DNA of 64,000 nucleotides from Octopus vulgaris (Eukaryota), in the NCBI GenBank assembly GCA_951406725.2, contig OX597840.1:19096001-19160000 (forward strand). Reading direction: 5' to 3'. The translations under genes and the position numbers were made by a program. Position 1 is the stretch's first letter, and the number at the start of each line of letters is the position of its first letter. The notes under the pieces were generated by a model. The model saw nothing but the letters and a program-made list of their open reading frames with translations. It did no database searches and was not told the origin of the DNA. Shown here piece by piece: positions 27,640 to 41,462 of this stretch.

Positions 27640-29036
27640 TAAATGAAAGAATGGAGTCGAACGAAGATGTTAACAAAATTCCTTTACTCTCGACACATGT
27701 TTCGAAGACAGCATGTTCTCATTCCAACCCATCATACAATTATAATAATAGGAATAGTATTAATAGTAGCAGCATTAGTAGCAGCGAAGGTGTTAACAAT
27801 GATAATATTAATGATAGTATTAGTCGTGATAATAACAATGGTAGTGTTGATGGTAACAACAATAACGGTATTATTGTCGGTGGTATTACTGGTTGTAATA
27901 CCATTAATAATACTAATAATAATAGAAATAGTGTAGTTGTTAGCGCTAATAATAATAGTAACAACAGTAATAACAATAAAAACTTCGTCTCGATCTCGGA
28001 GGACAACCCCAACAGAATTAAATTTTTGTCTAGTAATTCTAAGATTAAGAATGCTATTTACCAGTGTAGAATTTCTTCCGGTACCGATGTCTTCTTCTAT
28101 ATAGAAGCTTCCACTTCCCAGTTATCCAAGAGAATTTCATACCACTACTCAACATTCAGAGATAGTAAAAAACGTCATAGCACAGGGCTAAGTAAATTAG
28201 TTTGGCGTCTTAAAGACAACAATATAATTTTCAAGTTAGATTGGCTCATACTGTCTGTATCCTTTCCTTTTGATAAGGGCAGGAGATTCTGTAACTCTGT
28301 AACATTTGTAACTCTGAACTCTTCCATATTCTTTTCGCTAAGGTTCCCCTAGTAAACACACTCATAGAAAAATCGTACAAATGTAAACACTGGCAGAAAC
28401 ACACTTTCTACTCATATAAATGATAACGATAGTCACTGTGGTTTGAACAATTAGCTTTACGCCCACCACACTGCTATAGAGAAATTCTTTCCTAAGCCTT
28501 CGAACATTCTTTCAATCAACGTACCCTTCCCTCTTCACTTGTTCCCTAACTATTATTCCTTTATACCTTCCCTTCCTACTATCTATCTTTGACATCTGTC
28601 TCTCTCTCTCTCTCACACACACAATCACACACACAGACACAAATGCAGTTATACACACACACATACACACACACAAACGCACGCACTCATTAACACAAGC
28701 ACACACTCACACATTTCCATACATACAGCAAACATACTATTCCCTACCTCTTATTACTTTATCCCTTCTCTTCCTACTATCTATTTTTAACATCAATTCT
28801 TCTAACGGTTTTTTTAAAGAAACACTCATTATCGCTTTGTTTACCATGTAGGCAATCATCGAAATTTTTGCTTGTCTTGTTGCCGAGAGAGGCTCCCTTT
28901 CTTTCCTGATGAGAAGATTGCATAATGCACCCTTTATTCCTTTGGAATGAGAACATGCTGTCTTCGAAACATGTGTCGAGAGTAAAGGAATTTTGTTGAC
29001 ACCTTCGTTCGACTCCATTCTTTCATTTATTCATAT
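27633..29036 (+). mobile_element. 5'-truncated Neptune-type PLE with inverted terminal segment
   Basis: GIY-YIG remnant NAIYQC...FFYIEAST...KRISYHYSTF...STGLSKLVWRLK...LDWLIL...FCN and KCKH; 27633-27727 is an inverted copy of 28942-29036. Confidence 0.85.
28895..28989 (+). ncRNA. Type I hammerhead ribozyme
   Basis: CTTTC-CTGATGA(28906)-GAAGA...TCTTC-GAAA(28966)-CATGTG-TC-GAGAG; extended stem I, long stem II, GUC site. Confidence 0.85.
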
Positions 29037-29214
29037 ACAACACACACATTTCTACACATGAACCCGGAGTTTCTACCCTTGTCAGGTCGCTTCAACCGTG
29101 TTTTCTGACGTGAAGTTGCTACCCAGGTTTCGGTTAAACGAATTTTCCATGCTGACGATAAACATAGAATAATTCATTCACCTACTTAAATATATATATA
29201 TATATATTTCTCTT

Positions 29215-29410
29215 TCTCTTTTTACTTGTTTCAGTCATTTGACTGCGGCCATGCTGGAGCACCACCTTTAGTCGAGCAAATCGACCTCCAAGACTTGTTC
29301 TTTGTAAACCCAGTACTTATTCTATCGGTCTCTTTTGCCGAACCGCTAAGTGACGGGGACCTAAACACACCAGCATCGGTTGTCAAGCGATTTTGGGGAG
29401 ACAAACACAG

Positions 29411-29444
<34 letters not shown>

Positions 29445-29770
29445 ATATATACGACAGGCTTCTTTCAGTTTCCGTCTACCAAATCCACCCACAAGGCATT
29501 GGTCGGCCCGAGGCTATAGTAGAAGATACTTGCCCAAGGTGCCACGCAGTGGGACTGAACCCGGCACTATGTGGTTGGTAAGCAAGCTACGTACCACGCA
29601 GCCACTCCTGCGCCTATACAACGGGATTCTTTCATTTTCCGTCTACAAATTCACTCACAAGACTTTGGTTGACCGGAGGTTATAGTAGACGACAAGAGGT
29701 GCCACGTAGTGGGACTGAAGCCGGAACCATATGGCTGGTAACCAACCTACTCAACACATATCCATACATG
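29215..29770 (-). mobile_element. SINE family A, full length plus a second decayed 5' half
   Basis: Matches 54-480. Confidence 0.87.
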
Positions 29771-29779
29771 CGCACGCAT

Positions 29780-29836
<57 letters not shown>

Positions 29837-30687
29837 AAAGAGAGGGAAAGGAATATAGAGCAAAATGGTTTGCGTAGTTGTTTATAGAAAATATAACAAT
29901 ATAGACGTGTGTGTGTGTGCGGGCGAGTGTGTATATATATGCATGCACGTCTGTGTGCAGTTTGTGCAGATAACATCACCAATATCTTTAGAAAGAGAAA
30001 AATAAGCAGAGCAGTAGCAAAAATATAAAAAATCAAACGAAAAGAAAAGTAAAATAACAGTAAATAAACCCCCTCGAAGTCATGAAAGAAATTTTGTCAT
30101 GGAAGAAGCGAATAACAAAGTATGATTCTATCGTCAGGTCCGTTGTTTGAGTAATTTATCATTTCGCCCTGCCAGATTGAAGGAATTATTTTGGTCGAAG
30201 AATTAAAGACTAGATACAGTGACAGCAGCAACACATTAGAGTGAAATTTAATAAATTGTCCAAAGGAGGAACATTTTCATGCAGTTCTTTGATAAACCCT
30301 ACAAATATTGTTGCTCGGAAACGATTCTTCTTGTTTAAGAGGAAAACTAAACGGACATTTTGTTTTTTTATATTTTTATATATATTTTTTCTTGTCTTTT
30401 TTCTCTCTTTTCCGTGTTAAGTCTGTGGGTGTTGTGAGGGGATGGTGGGTATTGTGGGATCTTGTGGATGGTGTGGGCGTGAGGGTGGTGTTGACGGTTG
30501 TGGTGGTGGTTCTGTTGAAAGATTCATGCCTCATCTATAAAGGCTGATTGTTATCATTTAGGAATCAAAGAACCATTTTCTTTTCTTTTATCAAAGATAA
30601 GTCGAAGATATTCGATACCTTGCGTTCGTCGTCATCACTGCCATTCCTTATCATCGTATTAGAAATAATGATGATGATAATGACGTC

Positions 30688-30794
<107 letters not shown>

Positions 30795-30822
30795 CAATAA
30801 TAATAATAGTAGTAGTAGTAGT

Positions 30823-31100
30823 AAGCCTTGATGCAGTACCAGGCAGTGGCTCTCGTGGCTTCTGATTGGAAGTGTTATCATGTACATTGTTTTGTCTTCG
30901 TATAAAATGATGGGCTACAGCAAATATTCTGCTCAATACCACAGATTTGCTTGTCAGTTGTTTGACCTTAACAGCCTTAATGACTGACAATATGTGCATT
31001 TCTGATCACGATCGCAAGTAGTGGGGGAGAATCATAGCCATGTGTCGAGAGGGATTCTTTGGAGTTTAAATAATTCACCTCTGGAAACATGGGTGTTTGG
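30823..31100. mobile_element. Dispersed repeat family D
   Basis: Reverse complement of 35450-35725; a further piece at ~46020-46100; next to (TAA)n. Confidence 0.75.
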
Positions 31101-31330
31101 TACAATATAATGATAATAATAATATAAAGACGACTGAAATATACGTTTCTCAAGTTCGATCCGATGATCAGCGGAGATGGAGGTCGATGCAAATATGACG
31201 ACGATATTACTTAATATTCGATAGATATTTCACTATAATGATGTCAATTTATTTATATATATATATGTATTTCCCTTCTTTATGTTTTCATGTTTGGATT
31301 AACTTTATACACACACACACACACACACAT

Positions 31331-31382
<52 letters not shown>

Positions 31383-31873
31383 GTATATATAAATGATAGA
31401 CAATATCAAAACAATGCATAAAACATACACAAAAATAAATGAACGCAAAGAATATAAATTTTTTCAAGAATGAAAAGCAATTCATTTAATATTGATCTTT
31501 TGGTGATCAGAAAATTTTATTTAAGTTTAAAATAATTCTTAAGTTTGGAACCAGAAGAAAACAAAAAAAAATGAATAAATGAAAATAACATAAAAATAGA
31601 ACATTTTAAGTAAATACACAGATTTTAAGTAATTACATAAACAATCAAACAGACAAATAAATAAATAAATAAATAGATACTGAAGAAGGAATGAAAAAAA
31701 AATGAAAGAGTTGAATAAGGTGAAAAAAATAGGATTGAAAAAATATATCGGAGATACTGAAAATTGCATCGCGATATATAGTAAATAAAAGGGAAATTTA
31801 GAAAATACACACACACACACACACACGCACACACGCACGCACACAAACACACACGCACGCACACACACACACA

Positions 31874-32220
31874 CACACACACTCACACACATATATAAGG
31901 ATATACACACATATATACAATCATACATATATACAGATATACGTATATGCAAACAATTAAAAATATATAGTTATATATAGTTATACATACAAACGTACAT
32001 ACGTATCTTCGTATTTACACATACATATAAATATATACTCATACGTACACACACACTCACACACATATATAAGGATATACACACATATATACAATCATAC
32101 ATATATACAGATATACGTATATGCAAACAATTAAAAATATATAGTTATATATAGTTATACATACAAACGTACATACGTATCTTCGTATTTACACATACAT
32201 ATAAATATATACTCATACGT

Positions 32221-32221
<1 letters not shown>
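31874..32221. repeat. Tandem duplication of a 174-bp low-complexity unit
   Basis: 31874-32047 repeated at 32048-32221. Confidence 0.85.
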
Positions 32222-32251
<30 letters not shown>

Positions 32252-32385
32252 AATGCTTACGTATAAATATATATATCTACATACATACAAGTATATATTC
32301 ATACATAAGTACAAACGTACAACTATAAATACATATATACGTGTAAACATACGAATATATGAACATCTATTAATAGAATACATAC

Positions 32386-32446
<61 letters not shown>

Positions 32447-32798
32447 AACGTACACATGTATATTTATGTATATAGATAGAGTCACATAATCGTATTACAT
32501 ACATTCATACATTTCCATACGCACATACTTTCATGTGTAGTTAGAAAGTATGATTCGTAATCATGAGATTTCGGGTTCGATCCCCAAGAGAATGAGCGCC
32601 TTTAACGGCGGTGCCCCAGCATGGTCGCAATTCTCGAGCTTGAACTAGTAAAAGTAAAAGTACACACACACATTCATATATATATATATATATATATATA
32701 TACTTAAAAGAGAGATCTCAGTAAAACCACAGCACTTAAACGGCAAACAACACAGGCAAAAGAGAAAGAAGTGACGACAATCATTCTATATTAAGTCA

Positions 32799-32889
32799 CC
32801 TACGGACGTACGCTTCGAAATTAAGTCATAGGAAAGCATAAAAATTAAATAATTATGTCTTACCCGACTACTTTTCTCCTCAGCGTAGG
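32799..32889 (-). ncRNA. Inverted copy of the same hammerhead with GAAA changed to GAAG
   Basis: Minus strand reads TTTC-GAAG-CGTACGTC-CGTAGG. Confidence 0.8.
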
Positions 32890-33380
32890 ACTCTACAATT
32901 ATGAATAATTGTGTATTAAATTTGGAGTCACTAGAAGACATCACCTCAACTCATGGTATCAGAGTGAGCGTAAGCCGTGACCTTTTAAGTAGAAAAATAG
33001 CCATAACTATTTGACTGCTATTTCTAAATTCGGTGTGTGGTGAGGCAAATCGTTGCTAAACCCTTAATTACGTAGTATTACTTAAACTTTCCTCGAATGG
33101 GGCTTTTAAATGCCGAAATCTACTTGGTGAAATTAATGATTACTCCAAATTAATTGATTTCACCCTATATTATTATTGATAACCATATTTCATCCCAGCA
33201 AATGACCGCAACATCTTATTCTGGCAGCACGCTGGTGGGAGGAGGATGGTGACATACTTTCATTCACCCTTTGAATTTGGTGGTACTGGTAATGGCTTTA
33301 GCTCGCTCTGATACCATGAGTTGAGGTGATGTCTTCTAGTGACTCCAAATTTAATACACAATTATTCATAATTGTAGAGT

Positions 33381-33471
33381 CCTACGCTGAGGAGAAAAGT
33401 AGTCGGGTAAGACATAATTATTTAATGTTTATGCTTTCCTATGACTTAATTTCGAAACGTACGTCCGTAGG
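33381..33471 (+). ncRNA. Canonical type I hammerhead ribozyme
   Basis: CCTACG-CTGAGGA-GAAA...(long stem II)...TTTC-GAAA-CGTACG-TC-CGTAGG; perfect 6-bp stem I, palindromic ACGTACGT, GUC site. Confidence 0.9.
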
Positions 33472-33652
33472 TGACTTAATATAGAATGATTGTCGTCACT
33501 TCTTTCTCTTTTGCCTGCGTTGTTTGCCGTTTAAGTGCTGTGATTTTACTGAGATCTCTCTTTTAAGTAGAAAAATAGCCATAACTATTTGACTGCTATT
33601 TCTAAATTCGGTGTGTGGTGAGGCAAATCGTTGCTAAACCCTTAATTACTTA

Positions 33653-33724
<72 letters not shown>

Positions 33725-33790
33725 ACACGTTGTAATGTAAGGAGAAATTAAGAAGTAAAATAAGTTAAAATGCACATTGGAAATTTAAAG

Positions 33791-33982
33791 ACGCCATGAT
33801 AGATCGTTAGCCACTACACACATTTTTTCTCTCGTTGTTTTTTTCTGTGTCCCTTTCTGTAGAAGAGCGTAGACTCGAAATGTAAAATACTTTTTCTATT
33901 CCTGAGCGTTATACTAATACATCTGTTTGTTTTGTACACCACCTGTGTTCGTCTTTTTTTTTTCGTTTTTTTCGTAAACTCT

Positions 33983-33987
<5 letters not shown>
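33791..33987 (+). mobile_element. Family HB copy 2
   Basis: CTTT-CTGTAGA-A-GAGCGTAGACTC-GAAA-TGT-A-AAAT at 33853-33888; 3' end runs into (TA)n. Confidence 0.78.
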
Positions 33988-34026
<39 letters not shown>

Positions 34027-34049
34027 TAAAGTATATTTGCCATCAAAAC

Positions 34050-34210
34050 GTGGCTGACCCGTAAGAGATGATGCTACTCTAGTTTTTAGCCCAAAGAGGA
34101 CATCTTCTCCAGCTGGCTATTGACACATTGTTTGTGCCCAATCAGTATTTGCAAAGGGAAATCATCCTTCCCATCTCCAACCTGACTCGATACACACGGA
34201 CCGGAGTATG
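34050..34210 (+). repeat. Dispersed repeat family E
   Basis: Matches the reverse complement of ~40305-40460. Confidence 0.65.
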
Positions 34211-35011
34211 CTTGTATGTTCGCATATATATTTATGTATGTTTATATTGCTTATATGCACATAAGTTTGTATGCCTACTTGATATACGGTTGTGTGTATG
34301 TTTGATGTGTGTATTTGTCCGCATTTTTGCTTGTATGCGCATAAATCCATACGTATGCGCATTCGTGTACTTACGTAAACACGAACTCTTACGCAAATAT
34401 CAATCGCTTATACATGCGACCAATCGTAAGTTATCAGGCGACGGCGGAAGTAAGAAGACAAGAATAAACAGAAAGAAAAGAGCCCAAAAGATAAAACAAA
34501 ATCAATATATATCACGCACAATTCCTTGCTCTAATCAATTCCAAATATTTGGTTCACACGATTAACTAAAATGACATCTCGACATATAACCACGGTTTAC
34601 GAATGCTGAATCTTTTGGTCTTCCGTATTATTTTGTTTAAACTATCAATCTGTATCTGTTGTTACTGTTTGTCATTGTTTCAGATGGAGGTGGCGAGTGG
34701 ATGGAAACTTTTGCGCGTCAGAACAAAACGCGTAGAGATATTTCTTTGGTTTTTTTTTTTTACGTTCGGTGTGCAAATACAATCGAAGTTATTTTTTAAA
34801 TCCTTTTCGAATTGGCAATTTACATTACCAAGTCCTAGGGTCGACGGTACTGATCAACTGGTAGACTCGCGAGCGCGTCGGACAGAAGGCTTTGAACTAT
34901 TTGTGCTGGGCTTTTTCGTTCTGGGTTCAAATTCTGCCATGGCCAATTTTGCTTTCATCCTTTCGACTCAAAAGTTTAGACCTTGTGCCTATAGAAGAGA
35001 GGACTCTTCTT

Positions 35012-35097
<86 letters not shown>

Positions 35098-35227
35098 AGG
35101 AACAGTTCTCACTTTAAGATGCCGCATCTTTTGTATTTCAATTTCCAGGCCCTTATATTTACTTAATTTGTCAAATTATTTTACAGATATATTTTTATCA
35201 GTGGGAACACTTACATTATTATTATTG

Positions 35228-35726
35228 GGTGAGAGAGCATTACATGCCATCAAAGTGACACCGGGGTAAAATATACGAAGCCCAGTATACCCATGATGAC
35301 TACCCATATAATAATGGTACACCAGGCACATGCATCACAACCATATGTGCGCGACATGGTGATGTGGGGCCCAGTTAGAATTTTTTTCAGGTCGAGTACC
35401 CCATCCTGCTCAAAAGGTCCCTGAATGAGGGTTGTTTAAGAATGTTGAACGAAACACCAATGTTTCCAAAGGTGAATTATCCAAACCTCAAAGAATTCCT
35501 CTCAACATATGGCTATGTTGCTCCCCCACTACCATTGCTCATGATCAGAGATGCACATATCGTCAGCCACATGGTCAACTGATTAAGGTCAAACAACTGA
35601 CAAGCAAATCTGTGGTATTGAGCAGAATATTTGCTGTAGCCCATCTTTTATACCAAGACAAAACAATATACATGATAACACTTCCAATCAATTAAGATCA
35701 GAAGCCACGAGAGCCACTGTCTGGTA
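35228..35726. mobile_element. Dispersed repeat family D, longer copy
   Basis: Shared with 30823-31100; bounded by (TTA)n. Confidence 0.75.
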
Positions 35727-35838
35727 TATTATTATTATCATTATAATCATTATCATTATTATCCTTATTATTATTATTATTATTATTTATAATTATTATT
35801 ATTATTATTATTATCATTATAATCATTATCATTATCAC

Positions 35839-35899
<61 letters not shown>

Positions 35900-35904
35900 A
35901 TTTT

Positions 35905-37590
35905 GGCAGCGGGCTAGCAGAATCGTTAGCACGCTGAATGAAATGCTTGACGACATTTCGTCCGTCAATAAGTTCTGAGTTCAAATTCCGCCGAGGTCGA
36001 CTTTGCCTTTCGGGATCGCCAAATTAAGTACTAGTGAAACACTGGGGTGGATGTAATCGATTAGTCCCCTCTCCGAAAATTTCAGGCCTCGTGCTTATAG
36101 TAGAAAGGATTTTTATTTGATAAAATAAGTATCAGCTGAATCATGGGGTTGAAGTAATCAACTTAGCCCCTTCTTCGATACCGCTGGCCTTGTGCCAACA
36201 TTTGAAACCAGTATACCTGGCTGCTACTTCTAGTAATTTCTCGTCTTTTATGACGACGAGGGTTCCAGTTGATCCGATGATCAACGGAACAGCCCGGTCA
36301 TGGAATTAACATGCAGGTGGCTGAGCACTCCACAGACATGCGTACCCTTCACGTAGTTCTCAGGGAGATTCAGCATGACACAGAGTGTGACAAGGCTGGC
36401 CCTTAGGATTACAGGTACAACTCATTTTTGCCAGCTGGGTGAACTGGAGCAACGTGAAATAAAGTGTCTTGCTCAAGGATACAACGCACCGTTGGGAATC
36501 GAACTCGCGACCTTACGATCGTCAGCCGATTACCCTGACCTGTTGTAGTTGTAACTAATGTGGAAAACAATGGCTGTCAAAAATGTTGACTACACGCTTC
36601 ACTAGAAATCTAAAAGTAAAATTCCTGACGCATTTCATAAGAACAGTTAAAATAATAACAAACTATGATGTTTGAATCAAACATTTAGAAATAAAAAAAA
36701 TATTTTTAAAAAGACGATATTGAGATTTATCTCTCTGTTTTATTTGTGATTTGATAAAATTATGAATAACAAAATCTTTGATCTGAAGTAAATTCTCGCC
36801 GCCGTCGCTAATAATGACAAAAATAAACATTTCTTATTTTGGCACAGGGTCAATAAATTTGTGAGGAGAGCTAAGTCGATTACATTGACCCCGGTACCCG
36901 ACTGCTACTTATTTCATTGAACACGAAAGGATGAAAAACAAAGTCGACCTCGGCAGAATTTCAACCCAGAACGTAAAGATGGGCGAAATACCTATTTCTA
37001 TTTCTATTTCACAAGGGACTAAACACAGAGAGGACAAACAAAGACAGACAAACGGATTAAGTCGACTACATCGACTCCAGTGCGGAACTGGTACTTATTT
37101 AATCGACCCCGAAAGGATGAAAGGTAAAGTCGACCTGGGCGGAATTTGAACTCAGAACGTAGCGGCAGACGAAATACGGCTAAGCATTTCGCCCGGCGTA
37201 ATAACTATTTACCAGCCTGCCATCTTAATAATAATAATAATAATAATCCTTTTCCTATAGGCACAAGGCTTGAAATTTTGGGGGAGGGAGCTAGTCGTTT
37301 ACATCGACCCCCCCCTCCCACCAAGTATTTAACTGGTACTTATTTCATCGATCCCGAAAGGATGAAAGGGCAAAGTCAACTTCGGCCGAATTTATAATAA
37401 TAGTAATAATGATTTCAGATTTTGGCGCAAGACTAGCAATCTCGGACGAGGGATAAGTCGATTAATTGACGCGCGGATGAAAGGCAATATCGAACACGGT
37501 AGAATTTGTACACAGAAAGTAAAGATGGATGAAATACCGCTAAACATTTTGTCCGGCATGCAACCAGTTCTGGCAGTTTGCCATCTTTAG
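35905..37590. mobile_element. Dense cluster of family M and family C SINEs
   Basis: M copies at ~35905(+), 36830-37215(-), 37245-37395(-), 37415-37590(-); C copy at 36240-36540(-). Confidence 0.8.
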
Positions 37591-38107
37591 CAGTCAAGTA
37601 TATTCCGAATCCTGCCTTTCCGTCTTAAAAATGAATAAGTGGGAAAACTGAATTGGAGGATGACATTTTATCTGTCTCTTTCTATCTGTCTCTTTCCCCC
37701 TCTTTCTCCTTTTCTCTCTCTCGCTGCTGACACGTGACAATCGTTCATCTTTCTTTTCCTCACGTCACCATCTCCCTTTTCCTACGCGATGTTCCAAGGA
37801 CTGGGCGTCTTCTATCCCTCTCTTCTATATTTTCTCTTTTCAAGGAAAATGGTAGACTTAACCGGAATTGATAAATAGCACGGCTGAAATGCTTTAAATC
37901 ATAGTGTCGACTTGAGGCGAGTTTGGCGGGGTGGACTCAGGGCTAGATATGGGGAGGACTTGAGGCGGACAAGAGCAACAAAAATAACCATCACTTCCAA
38001 CATAACAACAACAACAGCAGCAGCAGAAGCAACAATGGCAAATAACATCAATAACAGCAACAACAACAGCAGCAATACCAATAACAAAAACATCAGTAAC
38101 AACAGTG

Positions 38108-38510
38108 GAGGCGCAATGGCCCAGTGGTTAGGGCAGCGGACTCGAGGTCAGAGGATCGCGGTTTTGATTCCCAGACCGGGTGTTGTGTGTGTTTATTGAG
38201 CGAAAACACCTAAAGCTCCACGAGGCTCCGGCAGGGGGGGGTGGCCCCTGTTGTACTCTTTCGCTCCAACTTTCTCTCACTCTTTCTTCCTGTTTCTTGT
38301 CCCCGACTTCCTACGCAACCGCTGAGCCTGGATGCGCATTCATCCATCCGTCGATGCTCTCAGTGTCGGGGGTTGACCTGCTTTCTCTTCTGCGGGTCTT
38401 ACGAATAGCAAAGGACCACGTTTCAGACTTCTCCCACAACAGACAATCCTGAGGCGCGATCTTGCGAGCTCTGGGACGAAGACCGCTTCGCTCAACAAAC
38501 AAACAAACAA
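38108..38510 (+). mobile_element. SINE family R, tail type 2, (AAAC)n end
   Basis: GGAGGCGCAATGGCCCAGTGGTTAGGGCAGCGGACTCG tRNA-like head; body as at 10086 but unrelated 3' half. Confidence 0.82.
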
Positions 38511-38847
38511 GCAACAACAGCAACGATATCAGAAACAGCAGCAGCAGCAGCAGCAGCACTAATAACAGTGTCAATAGCACAACGACGTCATCATCATCAT
38601 CCCCATCATCCCCACCAAGAACAGCAACAACAATTCCAGCAACAATCATATTTTATGAACGTTGGAGACTAATTCTTCTCAAACTTCGTTTCTTAATTTT
38701 TTGCTTTCGTTTTTGTTCTTTTCTCTTTTGCTTAATCGTGAAATCAGAATCTCAAGAATATTCGTCAAGAGGCTTTGAACGGCGGAGCTGGTTTTTTCTG
38801 CTTTATGTTTCTATAAAATCTGTAGATGACATATTCATCATCGTTGT

Positions 38848-39118
38848 CTTCTTCTTCTTCTTCTTCTTCTTCTTCTTCTTCTTCTTCTTCTTCTTCTTCT
38901 TCTTCTTCTTCTTCTTCTTCTTCTTCTTCTTCTTCTTCTTCTTCTTCTTCTTCTTCTTCTTCTTCTTCTCCTCCTCCTGCTCCTGCTCCTCTTCTTCTTC
39001 TTCTTCTTCTTCTTCTTCTTCTTCTTCTTCTTCTTCTTCTTCTTCTTCTTCTTCTTCTCCTCCTCCTCCTCCTCCTCCTTCTTCTTCTTCTTCTTCTTCT
39101 TCTTCGTCTTCTTCCTCT
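38848..39118. repeat. (CTT)n/(CCT)n polypyrimidine tract
   Basis: Direct reading. Confidence 0.95.
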
Positions 39119-41027
39119 TATTGCTCCCATAACTTCCAAAATATATTTTGAATTTTATGGAGGGTCAAAGTTGGGAACAAAAATAGGACAGTAAAGACAT
39201 GCAAGGAAACCGAATGAAAACAAACATGGAGGGTCATTAGCCGAGAACGAGGGGGGGAAATGTGAACGCTGGTAGAAATATTTTCTTTAAAAAGAGAAAA
39301 TATAGAAGAGAGGGAGAGAAGACGCCCAGTCTTTAGAACATCGCGTAGGAAAAGAAAGATGGTCCCGTGACGAAAAGAAAGATGGACGATGGTCGCGTGT
39401 GAGCAGCGAGAGAGAGAAAAGGAGAAAGGGGGGAGAGAGACGGTGAAGGGGAGAAAAGAGAAGGATGTGTGAGAAAACAGTGTAGAGTAGAGTCGCATCA
39501 AAAAAGTTAAGATAAACTTACTTGGAAATGGATGCGTGGCGTTCAATTAAGTAATAATATAAAAAATATATATGCATATCTATCTATCTATCTTGGCAAC
39601 CGGTGTTGTTGTATTTACGTCTCTGTAACTTAGCAGTTCGGCAGAAGTATTGATAGAATAAGTACCAGGCTTTAAAAAAAATTAGTATTGATGTTGATAT
39701 TCATCAAGATAAATGATACATACGTAGATCCATCCATCCATCCATCCATCCATTTTCCATCCATCCATATATACACACACACACACATACATGCATACAT
39801 ACATACACACACACATACATACATACACACATCCATCCATCCATACATACATACATACATAAATACATACATACATACATACATACATACATACATACAT
39901 ACATACATACATACATACATACATACATACCCTATTGATGTTCTTGAAATTCCAATGAAGGACCTTTGGAACTAGGTTAGAAACTGACTCTTTCTCTATT
40001 GGCAAGAAATCTTGAAATAAAACTGAATAATGACATACACAGTGAGAAATTAGGCTTCTCAAAGCCAGAAAGGAGAAAGCTGATTCGAAGACAACAGATT
40101 CAATCCATCACTTGAAATGTAAATATCTATAAAACTTTGCAAATGTTTATCATTTAAGTATTTATGCACAAGTCTAGACATGCAACTATACGCATGAGAA
40201 TACATACATACATAAAACAAAAACATAGAAATCTGAACATGCAGGGACATACGTGCACCATCGACAACTGTGATTGTCACACGCCGATGACGGGTCAATA
40301 CCCAGAAACTCGAGTCCGTGTGTATCATAAGTTGAAGACGGGATGGATGGCTTCCCTTTGCAAATACTGATAGGGAACAGAAAGTGTGTCTAAAGCCAGC
40401 TGGATGAGGTGTCCTCCTGGGGCTACAAACTACAGTAGCATCCACCCTTAGGGGTTAGCCATATTTAAATGGCAAATATACGTCACGATGTGTTGCAGCT
40501 ACTGTTTATAATATCCTGTTGATGTTGCTGAAATTCCAATGAGGCAGCCTTGGATCTCGATTAGAAACCGTCTCTGACTATTGGCAAGAAAACTTGAAAT
40601 AAACTGCATAATGACATATGTACATACAGACATACACCTGTGTCTAAAACAGTAACTTTCAATTATCTCAACAGTTTATATTTAACAAGTCATCTTTTCA
40701 TTGTCCTGTTCCAAACTCAGTTCGTTATTTTCTTCATAACTCGAAACGTGGAAAATATTATATTGTGATTGGTTCCTGTTTTTGTTCTGGCGTTATTCTA
40801 CATATTTTTTTATAGATGTTTCTCGTTTTTCTGCAAATACAGTCGAACTTCTTTGGCCTCTGCCAATTACGAAGCACTTTCTGTGCCATGTTCCCAACAG
40901 AGATTCTTCAAACATTTATCTCTCACGTCTTCATATACATACTTCTTTCAATTGTCGTTAAATTATTGTCGTTTTATATATATATATATTTATGTATACA
41001 CATATATATATATATATACATATATAA

Positions 41028-41075
<48 letters not shown>

Positions 41076-41430
41076 GTATATAAATACGGTGGTTGTCTGA
41101 GCACCTACATATATACATGTGTGTGTGCAATTCTTTTTGTTTCAGCACACGATCTCAGATCAGGTCACTTGCTATGCAAGTACAAGTACATCGTAATATA
41201 TATATCTTTATTATTGTCACACTGCCTTCTGCGCATGTATATATATATATATATACAGATATTATATATATATATGTGTGTGTGTGTGTATGCATATATA
41301 TATATACACACATATATGTATATATATATACATATATATATATACACACATATATGCATATATACATACATACATGCATGCATAGATACATACATACATA
41401 TATACATACATACATACATACATACATACA

Positions 41431-41462
<32 letters not shown>

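Larger units (their letters stand above)
32701..33656 (+). mobile_element. Non-coding HHR element: inverted 5' segment + 578-nt unit with 97-nt terminal direct repeat
   Basis: 32701-~32970 is an inverted copy of ~33300-33569; 32982-33078 is repeated at 33560-33656; (TA)n on both flanks; no ORF in the track. Confidence 0.88.

Noticed and set aside
34050-34210. Possible HDV-like ribozyme in repeat family E
   Set aside because: Could not build the P1/P1.1/P2/P3 pseudoknot by eye.
38108-38180. tRNA-like sequences here and at other SINE heads
   Set aside because: A/B-box heads continue into SINE bodies and lack a clean cloverleaf, so they are not tRNA genes.
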